Shown in pieces: positions 51,491 to 64,000 of a stretch of 64,000 nucleotides of DNA. Made by a program: the position numbers and the translations under genes. The number at the start of each line of letters is the position of its first letter. Position 1 is the stretch's first letter. This DNA is from Leucoraja ocellata. Taxonomy: Eukaryota. Location: assembly GCA_036785375.1 (NCBI GenBank), contig JAWMAR010000234.1, forward strand, positions 2,480,001 through 2,544,000, read 5' to 3'. The notes beneath the pieces are model-generated. The model ran no database searches and was not told where the DNA came from. It saw nothing but the letters and a program-made list of their open reading frames with translations.

Positions 51491-52429
51491 ATGCTTTATT
51501 CAGATTCAGATTCAATTTAATTGTCATTGTCAGTCTACAGTACAGAGACAACGAAATGCATTCAATACCACTCCAGCAATTAATTTACTCGGGATGTTAT
51601 GCAGAAAGACTCTGCAGCAGTTGCAATTACAGCACTCTTTATTTTTGCAAAGTGTTATAGTCATTTTACAGCTCTTGAGTCACGGAGACTGTATTCTTGG
51701 ATAGAAGCAATCATTCATGGAGTCAATGCAGAAGCACCCCATTTCCATATTTGATCATTTGGCTGAAGTATCATCTACGCTTTGTTCTTTCCATGGGTAC
51801 TCAGACCTTCATAAAGACTACATGCTGGGTTCAGAGTCCAGGTCATCACTCAGACACTTCCTAATGGCATCTAGCTCTATGCCAGTGAGAGCAATCTATT
51901 TAGAATCTAGCTCCAGCTAATGTTCTAGTCAGCAATCCAAATGTTTATATTAGTTTGTGATAATTTCACCTCATTTCTTTGGTTTCTCATATCAATGTAA
52001 CATTACTTTAATATTTGCCAGGTTTGGGCAATGACGCACATCATATCACTCTGGCATAGAGGCATTAAACAAACCAAAATATTTTCCTTAGCTAAAATGA
52101 CAATTTCCATTAAGGCTAAATAAATTAAGAATGAAAAATTTGGTTCCCACCCAGTTAAGGCCTGTTGTAGTGCACTGGAACTGGAGACAGAACTATTTCC
52201 CTTAACATTGCACATTATGGAAATGTTTGCAAACACGTGACCAAAATCTGAAACATACATGTATTTATCCATATGATAATTATGAACAAGTTAAAAAGTT
52301 ACATGGAATGTATCTGCTTGAGTTGTATCTTTAGTTTATTGCATGTGTGATGAAACTGCTCTGCAACCTGTGCATTAGAAAGGCAGGCCCAAGGTAGATC
52401 CTATACTTCATCCCACTGAACTTACTTAC

Positions 52430-54600
52430 AACCTATACAAGAAATGGGAGCTAGATAAAGCTATATGGTCTCTCAAACCCATTATGCCATTCAATAAGAC
52501 CAAGGCTCAGATTTACTTCACAATCTGTTGGGCATTGAATAAATTCAATAATTCAGCTTGTAACGGTTCTCTGCTTAGAGCAGCGTTTCTCAACCTACTT
52601 ACCCTTGCGGAACTCTTGAAATAATTTTCATGTCTCAGTGAACCTCTACATAAAATTATTACATATCTTTATGAATCTCTTTCTTTCTCTTTCGTAAACC
52701 TAAAGTTCATAAGGCAAACATAATATATTTTTCAGATAACTGGTTTAAGCAAAAAATAACATGTTTTTCTCAAGTTTATTGACAATGCAAAAAAAACGGA
52801 AATCTAACCGCTTGTCCAAAACTGAAGCAAATAAAGAACTAACCTTGGAGGAGAGGAGAGATAAAGAGAGAGAAAACAACACATAAACTGTTCATAAACT
52901 AACAAAAACATACATAAATAAACTTTTGGTAAACTAACAAAACTAAACATAAACATACCTACATTAAAAAAATTCATATAACATCCCTAAATGATGGGTA
53001 AAAATGACTAAATAACGTGGGTGAATGAGGGACTGTACCTGCACTCCAGGAAGCACAGACAAGACTGATGGAGACCGTGCATGCGTCTGTACTTGAGCGA
53101 GTCACTTGATGATATACAAATCTGTCACGTACAGCTCCTGTCCACTGATCACTAAAGGCCGCCGTTTCACACTGGCGCCGTATAGACGTCACTAAATAGA
53201 CGTCTCTAAATATGCCGTACGTGTATAATAAATTTACGAATATGAAATTAAACACAAAAATGACTCAAAAATGCATTTACATATGATTAGCCTATTCATC
53301 ACTATTTCTCCCGGAACCCCTAGCGACCTCTCGCGGAACCCTAGCTTTCTGAGGAACCCCAGTTGAGAAACGCTGGCTCAGAGTTCCAAAGACCTGTTAT
53401 GCTCCGAGAGAAGAAATTCCTACTCATCCCCACCTGAATGAAATATGGTTTAGCTCCAGATTCTCCCATGAAGGAGAACATCATCTCAGCATCTACTTGG
53501 AAAGACCCCCAACTCTTTAGTAACTTGTCAGTTTCATTGTTGAACTAAATTAAGGTGCATGTTGCAATCTAACAATTGGTTGGGAAGAAAGCCAAACTGT
53601 AAGAAAGAGGACTGTGCCTCCTTTTCAAGAGCAGCCCTAAGGTTATAGCAAGAGCAGGCCAACTGATATCTCAAAATTATTCATGGCTGATTCAATCTTA
53701 TCCAGAACACTCCCCATGCCACTTCACTTCCTTGAAGCTCAATTGACTGGTTAATCATGGTCTTGAATATATTCATTTACTGCCTCACAGCTCTTGGGGA
53801 TAGAGAATTCTGCAGATTCTTAGCCCTTTGGAAGAATAAATTCCTCATCATGTTCGTCTTACATTGGTCTTGAAGTTCAGGTCTTGTTGCTCTAAACTCC
53901 AGTAAACAGAGGGCCAACTTGCTCAGATTTTCCATTTATCAACTCCTCTATGCCAGAAATCAACTCAGCACACTCCTTTCAAAGGAAATATATTATTCTT
54001 TAAATATGGAGACTACAACTGTACCCAGTACGTCAGGTATGCCTCACCAGTACTCTGTAGAATTGCATCAAAACTTCCCTACTTCTATAATTCATTTTCC
54101 TCGCAGTAATGTGACTTTCCAGTCCTTTGGCATCTCTCCAGGATTCAAGGAATTTTGGTACAACCTGCACATTCTATCTCTGCAGCCACTTCCTTTATGA
54201 CACAATGCCATGAGTTATACCTAGTGCAGTAACCTTGTATATTGAATGCTTTCTGGAAAACTAAAAATACTAATCCACTGGCTCTCCATTATTCCCCACA
54301 CTTGGTACATTCTCAAAAAACTCTAGTAAATTTGTCAATCCCGATTTCCCTTTCATAAAACCACGCTGACTCCACTTGACTGCATTATGATGTTCTCAAC
54401 GTCTAGCATTTTCCCCAATGACAGATGTCAGGCTGACTGCCTATAGTTTCCTGCTTCCTGTCTCCCTCACTTCTCAATTAGATGGTTACATTTACAGTTT
54501 TCCAGTCTGCTGGCACCTGTCCAAAATCAAGGGAATTTTGGAAGATCACAACCAATGCATTCACCATCTCGTCAGCCATTTTCAAAAACGCTGCCCACAT
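52430..54600 (-). mobile_element. Old CR1 remnants (split by hAT element)
   Basis: Degenerate matches to the CR1 3' end and RT (AGAGAATTC..AGATTC; ATGGAGACTACAACTGTACCCAGTAC; GATTTCCCTTTCATAAAACCACGCTGACT). Confidence 0.6.
52581..53375. mobile_element. Non-autonomous hAT (Charlie-like) DNA transposon
   Basis: TIRs CAGCGTTTCTCAAC / GTTGAGAAACGCTG, 8-bp TSD GCTTAGAG/GCTCAGAG, and subterminal GGAACCC repeats. Confidence 0.92.
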
Positions 54601-54879
54601 TAAACAGCAATCTAAACGACAAGTAGAAATACCTCCAGAAATAAAAGATCAAGCCAAATCACCACACAACAATAATTGCTACATTCCATCATCGGGACAG
54701 GAATGTTAAATGCAACCTGACAGTGACCTTTTGCAGCAAATGCTACAATATGAATACTATTTATGAGCAAAGTTGGACTGCACATTAATTTTCCACTAAT
54801 ACTTGAAGATGGTGAATGGTGGTGCTGGCTCAAAGGGCCAAATGGCCTGCTCCGGCACCTATTGTCTATTGACATTTTG

Positions 54880-55330
54880 ATTTCCTTTCCTATTCCCAAA
54901 CCAACCTATCTGTCCTTGGCTTCCTCCATTGGAGTCATAGTCCACTTGAGAAGCCTTCAACCCAATGGCTAGAACATTGAATTCTCCAACTTCAAGTAAT
55001 CCCCTTCCCCCCCCCCCCCCCCCCCCCCCCCACCACTTCTTCCTTATCTACACTGTTCTTCCCCAATCACCCACTCATCCTTCTTTCCTGCTTTCCACTC
55101 CACTCCTCCATCCGTCACCCACTTCCATCTGGTCCTCCCACCCCTCCTTACACCGGATTCCTTATTTTTGTTCCTCCCCCTGGCATTACATTACACTCCC
55201 CATCTTTCATCTTCATCAGATTCTCGTTGCCTCCACTTTTCGCCTCGAGCCTTGGTTACTATCTCACTCTTTTCCCTCCCACCCGACTCATCTGCTAATC
55301 AACCACTCATCATCATCATCATCCTCACTC
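54880..55330 (+). mobile_element. Penelope C-terminus/pLTR remnant with poly-C tract
   Basis: L.SLQPNG.NIEFSNFK* remnant (AGCCTTCAACCCAATGGCTAGAACATTGAATTCTCCAACTTCAAGTAA) followed by a C-rich tract. Confidence 0.7.
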
Positions 55331-55417
55331 TTGCTCGCTCTTGCCACACCTCTTGAATTTTGTAACATCATTGTGAAAGAATGAACACTCGGGAAATTCT
55401 TTAAAATATGTATCAGA

Positions 55418-55730
55418 CTCAGAAATAGCTTATTCCCCTTTATTATAAGGCTTTTGAACAGTTCTTCCATAAGCGAGGAAATGGTCCGATTCCCCTCCAC
55501 CTCATTGTGGAGAGTGGATTTTGTCTATGGAATGCGCCAATGGGTGCTACAATGCTGAGAACTATATTCTGCACTCTGTGTCTTCCCCTTTTCTCTATCT
55601 AATGTATTTTAATTTGACTTGATTGTACTTGTGTATGGTATATATGCATGCTGTTTGGATGCAATAGCATGCAAAACAAGGTTTTTTACTATACCTATAC
55701 ATGTGGCAATAATAAACCTATAATTAAAAT
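55418..55730 (+). mobile_element. Rex1/L2-like LINE 3' end
   Basis: RNSLFPFIIRLLN remnant plus the tail ATACATGTGGCAATAATAAACC. Confidence 0.7.
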
Positions 55731-57046
55731 GTAAATAAAGCATTTGACTCATTAAAACCTTAATGCAGTCTGAAAATAATTTATACAATGTAACTTGCAT
55801 TATACTTATCTCCCTTTCATATAGCCATACAATCTTCTTTGCAATGAATGGGCTACAGATGAATATAGAATAGGCCTACAGTAGCTTTAATCAAATGCAG
55901 TTTCCAAACAGATTTCCCAGTGTTAGTAATGGAGTAACTGACAGATTTGCTGGCTTGAATCTGTTAACAAGTTTGGAAATTCCTCATTCAGAAAGGCACA
56001 TGCCAAACTCCTGAACCCGCTGGCATTTTCATGAGTGAAAATGCAATTGCTGAGAACAAAACAAATCCATGATGGATATATACAGTTAATTGGCCAAAAA
56101 TCCAAATATCCTTGCAGTAAAACAATTATAAATGGTAATTGGTCACATTCTATTCTATTGTTTGAAAACTCCCTACCTTGCATGCTTATATTGGAAGAAT
56201 GAATTCATCTCAAAATTTAAAATATTAAAAGTATTGGATTTACAGTACGAGTTCCTATATAAATGTAATTCTTTATTCTCTCCTTCCACGGTTGTGTTTG
56301 AAGAGCATTTGCCAAGTAGCCATTTTATGGGAGCACGTCGTCATATAAGCATGACATTCCTTGGATCCTGTAGCACAACAGACCTTCCAAAAATAAATTT
56401 GCATCAAACTCTCAAGTTGATGCTTGGTACTTCCGAACGCATTGATAAAACGACGGCGGAACATTTTTGCATTTATCAACCAGCAAATGAATAAACCAAG
56501 AAATCTGAAGTTCTTAGACTACAAATACAGTTACACATTATAATAAATTCACAAAGTAGTTGAAAAATGCAAAGAGTACAGTTGTTCATTAATGTGTGCA
56601 GCAAAATGCCCGGTCTCGAACAAGCCAGCAGTATTAAATGGATATTAACTAAAAGAAGCATCTGAGAGCATCGAGGAGATCGAAAATAGGCTCTGGCAAC
56701 ACATGACAGAATCTAGCGTGGTGAGTCAAAACAAAGGAACCATTTTTCAAAAAGAAGCGATGAGTAAGATACAGAAACCTGCACTGATTCTTGCCTGCAG
56801 CTGGAAGAATCATCAGACTACGAAACAGGTCAGGAGTCTCTTCTTCCTTGTTTGAAAGAAATTAAGTGTCAAACATTCAAACCGTTTTTACATTTTAAAA
56901 ATTGCAACTTAATACTACTGAAAAATGAGAAACTGAATTTTGCTCAGTTAGCCAAATTGTAGAAGGATATGGGCAAAAAATGAATGTCTTAAACGTTGCT
57001 TAACAGAATGGAGATTAATAGCTAGAAGACATGGAGAGAAGAAAGA

Positions 57047-57290
57047 AGGTACACAAAAATGCTGGAGAAACTCAGCGGGTGCAGCAGCATCTATGGAGCA
57101 AAGGAAATAGGCGACGTTTCGGGCCGAAACCCTTCTTCAGACTGAAGAAGGGTTTATCAGTCTGAAGAAGGGTTTCGGCCCGAAACGTCGCCTATTTCCA
57201 TCGCTCCATAGATGCTGCTGCACCCGCTGAGTTTCTCCAGCATTTTTGTGTACCTTCAATCTTCCAGCATCTGCAGTTCCTTCTTGAACA
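57047..57290. mobile_element. Complete palindromic Penelope-derived element with hammerhead-type core on each strand
   Basis: About 100-bp near-perfect inverted arms; CTGAAGA-A-GGGT-TTCG-GCCC-GAAAC-GTC core at 57162-57189; 18-bp duplication ACATGGAGAGAAGAAAGA. Confidence 0.85.
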
Positions 57291-57595
57291 ACATGGAGAG
57301 AAGAAAGATGTGCCATGTCTGCAGGAAGCTAGGACACACACACACACACACACATGCATGCCACACGTACTAAGATGTCCACTTCCTGGTGAACAATGCT
57401 GCCTGGAAGATCTAGCGGTGGCAAACGAGAAGGCTGTACAAGAGCTTGGCCAAACATTTGAAACATAGATGATGGACACGAAAGAAGAACCTTTTTTTTG
57501 AAGTTTTTAAAATGTTACTAAGGCGGTTGTGGCAATCCCAAAGCACAGGAATGCAAGTGGCTGCAGAGAGAGATGGGCTCAGCCCAGTCCATCAT

Positions 57596-58255
57596 TTAAA
57601 AAAAAATTATACAAATACTTTTATTTAAAAAAAACCCATATATATATATATATACACAAATTAGCACAATCAAAGACTGCCTATGCTGACAGTTTTACAA
57701 AAAAATGATCATCAAATTAATATAACGCCAACTTTATCAACAAAACACTCAACCTCCCGCGGCGACCAGCGTTCACGGGAAGGCCTCCAGAGTCCCCATG
57801 GACACCGCGTGTTCCCTCTCCAAGGACACGCGGGCACGGACGTAGGCCCGGAAAAGGGGCAGGCAGTCAACACTGGTGCGGACGTCGACTACCCACTGCC
57901 TGGACCCGCGAATGGCCACCTTGGCTGGGCCCAGGAGCAGACGGACAGGGAAATCCCCCCCCACCCTCCCGACCTACTCCCCTCTGTACCGGGTGCCCAA
58001 ATATCTGGAGTGTGGGGCTGAAATGTAGCCAAAACTTGAGGAGCAGACCCTTCAGATAGTTAAATAGGGGCTGCAACCTCTCACACTCCTTGTACAAATG
58101 GAAGGCGGTCTCTTCCTCGCCGCAGAAGTGACAGGCAGCTGGCGAATCCGTGAACCAGCTCAAGTACCTGTTACAGGCCACAGCCATGTGCAACACTCTC
58201 CATCCCAGGTCCCCAATGTAAAGAGGCAGGACTCCCTTATAGAGAGACAAGTCTA
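57596..58255 (-). mobile_element. L1/Tx1-clade LINE 3' end (zf-RVT domain), inserted in a Rex1-like copy
   Basis: GDLGWRVLHMAVACNRYLSWFTDSPAACHFCGEEETAFHLYKECERLQPLF (CCHC zinc knuckle), with the AATAAA-containing 3' end at ~57620. Confidence 0.9.
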
Positions 58256-58257
58256 CC

Positions 58258-58745
58258 ATGGGCACAGCCATTGCCTTCCTTGAAAACAGCTACTTGACTA
58301 AGTGGCATCTGTCATCAAGGATCCCCACCATCCGCGTCATGCCATTTTCTTGGTGCTACCGTCAGGCAGCAAATACAGAAGCCTGAAGTTGCATACCATC
58401 AGGTTCAGGTACAACATCTTTCCTAAAACTATCAGGTTCTTGAAACAATCCACACAATCCTAATTCTACCTCTGCAAGAAACCACTGCAGATGACCTCTT
58501 GCATTATCATGGACTAGTTTTTCTAATCGTGTTTTCTAATCTTGTTTTTCTGATAATGCCCTGTGTTTTTGCACTTTCAAAATTGTGTACTATCTTGCAG
58601 AATTTTTATGTGTAATTTACTGTATAAGTTATGTATAGTTTAAGCTTTTATGTGTTTGTTTGAATCTATGTGATGCTGTACTTTTCACTGTACTTGTACT
58701 TCACTCTACTGGTGCATATGACAATAAACTCAACTCGACTTATCA
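58258..58745 (+). mobile_element. Rex1/L2-like LINE 3' end (continues from ~57545-57595)
   Basis: VIKDPHHPRHAIFLVLPSGSKYRSLK..RFRYNIFPKTIRFL with the tail CATATGACAATAAACTCAACTCGACT. Confidence 0.8.
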
Positions 58746-59251
58746 GTCGCTATCCTGCCAATGTCAGGTACTGGTTAATGCATCTGTTACTCAGCTGCCA
58801 ACACACTGATCAAGATTAATCTTTAACTTCACACCTTCATGTAGTTTGTGTATGAAGTGCACTCACCTCCTCTCCTGGCATGAGTGTCAGCCAAATAAGA
58901 ATAATGCACATCACACAAGTACCTTCTAGACCCTCACTAATAAAGCTCCCTCTGGCTTGCAGAACAAGGGCCATACAATTGGAAAAGGCAGCAGGGGCAG
59001 CTAACCATTAGAGCAGTTGTATCTAGACCCATGGTGAAGAAAATGCTCATTAACACCAGAGTGCCCACTACTAAATCTCATGTAAATGCCAGCAACAGCA
59101 ATTATACTGTAGAAGACAACACTATCTTCATATCTAGTCCTCCTTTTCATATCCCATTTCTCCTTTATCCCATAACAAAGCACTAGTTCTTCAGGGAAGG
59201 AAATGAGTCACGCCGGCATAATATTGGACATTTGATGTGCAAGGACATGTT

Positions 59252-59410
59252 ATATAGAAACATAGAAAATAGGTGCAGGAGTAGGCCATTCAGCCCTTCG
59301 AGCCTGCACCGCCATTCAATATGATCATGGCTGATCATCCAACTCAGTATCATGTTCCTGCCTTCTCTCCATACCCCCTGTTCCCTTTAGCCACAAGGGC
59401 CACATCTAAC
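59252..59410 (-). mobile_element. Young CR1 3' end (~160 bp)
   Basis: Near-identical to 6490-6648. Confidence 0.92.
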
Positions 59411-59490
59411 TCACAAGGGCCACATCTAACTCACAAGGGCCACATCTAACACACAAGGGCCACATCTAACACACAAGGGCCACATCTAAC
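59391..59490. repeat. Five tandem copies of a 20-bp CR1-derived unit
   Basis: (N)CACAAGGGCCACATCTAAC x5 with no spacers. Confidence 0.97.
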
Positions 59491-59580
59491 ATGTTGGGCC
59501 AAAGGATCTGCTTCCATGCTGCATGGCTGTATGACTCAATGACTCTCTTTGCGACTCCAGACTAACATTCCAGCCCATTA

Positions 59581-60500
59581 CAGTGAACCCTCGTTATAAT
59601 GGACCACGGATGGAGGTGGGGGGTGTGGTGTTCATTATTGCTGATAGTCCGTTATAATCAAGGAAGGTATTATCATTGAATGTAGTTGAAACAAAGTACG
59701 CAGATGATGGTTAATACACAAAAAGACACAAAATACTGGAGTAACTCAGCGGGTCAGGCAGCATCACTGGAGAACAGTCTGCTGAGTTACTCCAGCACTT
59801 TGTGTACTTTCACCTTAAAACTAGGCGCCAATGCCGCTGTTCTACACCAACAAGCCCTTCTTCACCCGCCAGACGGACCAGTTGACATGGAGGTTGTTGC
59901 AGCTCACGTTGTAGCCCCTGGCTAGCAGCACTTTCTTCAGGCCGCTGCCAAGGTCAGGACAAGCTCAGTCAGCCTGGGGCTCCCTCCCCTCTCATCAGCT
60001 GCCATTTCTTCCTGTAGGCCGTCGCTTTGTCTGCTCCCCACTCTACCACCGCCTCCTCCTCCTTCTCCCTCGCAGACGCCGACATCTTCCAAGGTGGAGT
60101 ATGTTGGCTACTCTGAGGGAGAAAAAAAGAGGAGGTGGAGGTGGGGGTGAGGGAAGAGTACGAGTGGACAGAACTACATAAGGAGGAGGAGCAATAGTGG
60201 TGTAAAAGGGAGCAGATAAAGCAACAGCCAACAGAAAGAAGCAGCAGCTGGTGAAAGGGCGGGGATCCCCACAGTGACCAAGCATGTCCTATCAGTGGTG
60301 GCCTGAATAAATAGCTGTCCCCTGGAGCTACAACGTGAGCCACAACAACAGTCGGGTCATCTGTACCATGCGGTTGGGGAAGAAGGGGATATTGTTGGAA
60401 GCCGGGGCTGTAAGCATCCAGGGAGCTGGGGCGAACCGGAGGAGATGTCCGCTATAATCGAAATCTGTTATAAAGGGTCCGTTAAAACTATGGTTTACTG
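59581..60500. mobile_element. Non-autonomous Tc1/mariner (pogo/Tigger-like) element, with Penelope-derived insert ~59705-59810
   Basis: TA|CAGTGAACCCTCGTTATAATGGACC ... GGTCCGTTAAAACTATGGTTTACTG|TA. Confidence 0.85.
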
Positions 60501-61717
60501 TATTTTGTTTCCTAACTATTCTCAGAAAAAGTTACTCAGTCGAAGGGCAATCAGAAATTGCTGATAAATGACGGGTTTGCGAATGATGGCCACATCTAGT
60601 GAATACATAAAAAGTGACTTTTAGCAAGGATGGAAAAAAAAAGTTATTGGGGTCGCCAGCTTGCACATATTCACTGACAAGATGCTACTAAAGACTCTGA
60701 TGGGAACAACAGAAAACTGATGAATTTGCCATGATAAAATGCTATTGAATTGCCATGGCTGCCTGAAAGTCTGCATGCAATGCCAAGTAAAACGGAGAAA
60801 TCCTCACTAAACTTTACACTGGGTTTTGAGCAGAAGCTGGAGTCCATTCTTCCTGGAATGAAGTTAATCCAGAAACTACATGGGCACAGTTGCAGACGTA
60901 AACTTCACACACCATTTGAGCACTGGAGTTTCAATTTCCATTGCAACGCACCTCTGGATACTACAGGTTAATCTTGGATCTCTGCTATCATTACAATGGA
61001 CATATATTAAAAATGTTATGCTTTTGCTTGCTTGGGAAAAGAGGTATTTGACAATCATGAACTCAAACCAAGCATGGGAATCTGCGGCAGGAAAAGTGAA
61101 AAACATCCGCTCCGAGGCCAAGATCATCAGCACTGAGGCTCTAATTGCACTGAATCAGCACTGAAGGGGAGGCCTCATTTTTTGCGTGGCCAACACCAGA
61201 CTCCAAAAACATTCAATTTCAGGCTTCATGGTGCAAGATAATATCAGGTGGATAATGATGAGCATAACTCATAAACATATGCAAGAGCCCTCTTGAGAAA
61301 ACAATGTGAGTGTTGCTCTAAGAAAATGCAAGTCTGGGAATTAACAATTGATAACAAGAAGATAGCAGATAAATTAAACAGGTACTTTGCATCAGTGTTC
61401 ACTGTATAGGACACACGTAATATACCAGCAATAGCTATAAATCAGAAATTGGAAGAGTGGATGAATTCAGGAAAAGCTATCAACAGAGCAGGTAATTAAC
61501 AAAGCAATGCCAAAAGAATATACAAAAGAGTAAGTCAATGTGGTCCTTGAACTTGTTCTGCCATTAGATCATTGCTGGACCAACTCTGGCATCAACATTA
61601 ATTTCCTGTTCGCATAACCCTCGACTCCTTTGTAGTTTACTTAACTCTCAACTACCATCTAGAATAAATTCAATGACTCTCTCTGCAACTCTGTGGTAGA
61701 GAACTTTGAAAAATCAT

Positions 61718-61812
61718 AGGTAGACAAAATGCTGGAGTAACTCAGTGGGTCAGACAGCGTCTCTGGAGAGAAGGAATGAGTGACGTTTCGGGTCGAGACC
61801 CTTCTTCAGACT
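61718..61812. mobile_element. Penelope-derived short repeat inside old CR1 remnant (~61540-62400, minus)
   Basis: Flanked by a TTTGAAAAATCAT 13-bp duplication. ORF 62090-62299 KANGTLTFIAR..MLMQPYREVGRLYLEYTDQFWS is CR1 RT. Confidence 0.8.
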
Positions 61813-62737
61813 TTTGAAAAATCATGGCCTTCTGAGAAAAGAAATCCTTCTTCATTTCGGTCTTAATTGGGCAATATCTTAAATTATTGCGAAATTATCC
61901 ATTCCCAACTTTCATACCAGGAAACATCTTCTCAAGAGTCAATCCCTCTCAGACGTTCATAAAATCACTTCACATACTGTACTTTTAAATTCCATTGAGT
62001 ATAGACCCTACCTGTTCTTTGTTCAACCCTTAAACTCCAGGAATAAAATTATTGATTTTTTTCCTGCACTGCCACCGATCTTAGTTAAATTAAAGAGACC
62101 AAAACTGATCAGTGTACTCCAAGTACAGTCTCCCTACTTCCCTGTAAGGTTGCATCAACATTTCCCTTCTTTTATGCCTTGCAATAAATGTCAATGTTCC
62201 ATTAGCCTTCCTATTTGCATTCATCTTTTCGTGTAATGTGCATAATAATTTGCTTTTCATTTTGCCTTCCGCATAGCATTCTTTAATGTTTCTGACCATA
62301 TTCCACCTACCAACTTCTTGTCCACTTAGTAAAACTACCTAGCTCAGTTTGCATGTTTTGTGTTCACCTTACAACCTACAACTTAGCAAGTTGGCAAATG
62401 TCTCCACGCTAAAAGGTGCCATGAATGTGCCCAAAGGAACATATTCTCTGTGGACAATGACATGGTGTATATTTTTATCCAAAAAAAAACAAATGGAAAC
62501 ATTATTTGCCAAAGTGTATCAAATCATACTCATCAAAAGATCCCAGATTCAAATTTGAAGGTTCACTGATCTAAACTAAAGAACTAGCTAAAATTCTGCA
62601 GCTAAACTCTGCACCTCCGCAGAGGGAAAGTCAAATTATTAATCCAATAGCTCATGCTAAAAATAACACAAATAAAAGGATAGAATAATGCAGAACCAAA
62701 CCCAAAAAGGATGTCCTTTGTTCTCTCACTGCGAGTA

Positions 62738-62931
62738 GAGAAAGTTAGATATAGCTTTAGGGGTGAGAGTTAGATATAGCTCTTTGGGCTAACGGAATCA
62801 ATGGATATGGGGAGAAAGCAGGAATGGGTTACTGATTTTGGATCAGTATTGATCATATTGAATGGCGGTGCTGGCTTGAAGGGCCGAATGACCTACTCCT
62901 GCACCTATTTCCTATGCTTCTATGTTTCTAT
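62738..62931 (+). mobile_element. CR1 3' end
   Basis: GATATGGGGAGAAAGCAGGAA..GAAGGGCCGAATGACCTACTCCTGCACCTA..TTCTATGTTTCTAT, with a short duplication AGTTAGATATAGCT at its 5' edge. Confidence 0.85.
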
Positions 62932-64000
62932 CCCAATATTTAGTAATTTCCATCGAATTCCCGTGTTTTGAGCGTCAAAAATGAGATATTGATAGTTAAA
63001 ATTGAGTAAATACTTATAAAATTGTCAAATAATTATAGTTTAAAGTTGACTGCATGAGAAAATGAAGTAGATTACAAATTAGTATAATGGCATACTTGGG
63101 GCAAGTTTTCACCCCATACTGTCAATGTATAAAAATAAGACTTCCAATTTTCTTTTTATTACTCTGCCTCATAAAAGAGGTGAATAATCTCAGAGATTGT
63201 GAACAAAGGGGAATGTGTTTGATGTTGAGAAGTTGTTCATCAAAAATTGAAATAGTTACATGTAGAGCTTTGCAAAGATTTACTTAAAATGTATGTAAAA
63301 TGTGTCTGCTTAAAATGAAAGTTTTTTTTGTGCGAGGTATATTTTAATGATGATTTATATGATGTTCTCCATTTCAAAAGAATTCGTATTTAATGATGCC
63401 TTTATCACAAAACTTGTAAATAGTCGCATCTGCAGACACCGTCACATGGAAGGTTCTTGCAATTTCTGTAACAGCTTGTTGGAGTCATTGAAGACAGTAT
63501 TTGACCAACAGAGCGTAATTTTGCAGCTGTTTCATTCCAAATGCTGGCACCAATCCAATATAGGAAGCTTTGTCCAAAGAACAAGGGATCTCCACTTTTA
63601 TTTAAAATCAGGGTAAAGTGCAAAGCTCTAATAAAAATGATTACTTGCAACCCTGACTGAATCTCAATCATGTTCCAAGTGACTGTGTGTTCACCGCATT
63701 CAAGGTGCACACAATTCAGCCCAAATATCCATTCAATGTTTGTACCGGCATTTTTCATATTCACGACTCAAAGCTGAAGAGCTGAAGATGACAGTGTAGA
63801 GTTATATTTTTATGTCATGGACTGGCCCAAGGGGAAAGCTGATCTTGCAAATATCTTAAATATCACTAATGTACCTTTTCTTCACAATGGCAGAAGGCAC
63901 TAGCAAAACATACCCACTACTACTTGTATGCATGTCAATGATTACCAAATTCACTCAAGGATATAGGAAGTTAGTTTACTTAACTATATGAGAATCCAAG

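Noticed and set aside
59391-59490. CRISPR-like direct repeats
   Set aside because: There are no spacers, the DNA is eukaryotic, and the unit derives from CR1.

Overview
This is AT-rich vertebrate non-coding DNA from a cartilaginous fish, most likely a skate or ray. The assignment is inferred from its CR1, Rex1/L2-like, Penelope, Harbinger and hAT repeat complement. No intact protein-coding gene is supported; the ORF track is retroelement debris or chance ORFs. The main structure is a set of predicted minus-strand GT-AG exons without a long ORF (about 24.4 kb down to 764 and probably beyond the left edge). They cluster in a ~12 kb transposon-free promoter/5' region and read as a multi-exon lncRNA or long 5' UTR, tentatively RMST-like (recall-based, unverified). 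Other notable items are a TDP2 exon-1-like fragment between a hAT-like end and a young CR1, Penelope-derived palindromic elements with hammerhead-ribozyme cores and long target duplications, a fossil two-ORF Harbinger carrying a CTCF motif, several MITEs with TSDs, and nested TE insertions. All exon calls are by-eye splice-signal predictions and most repeat boundaries are approximate.
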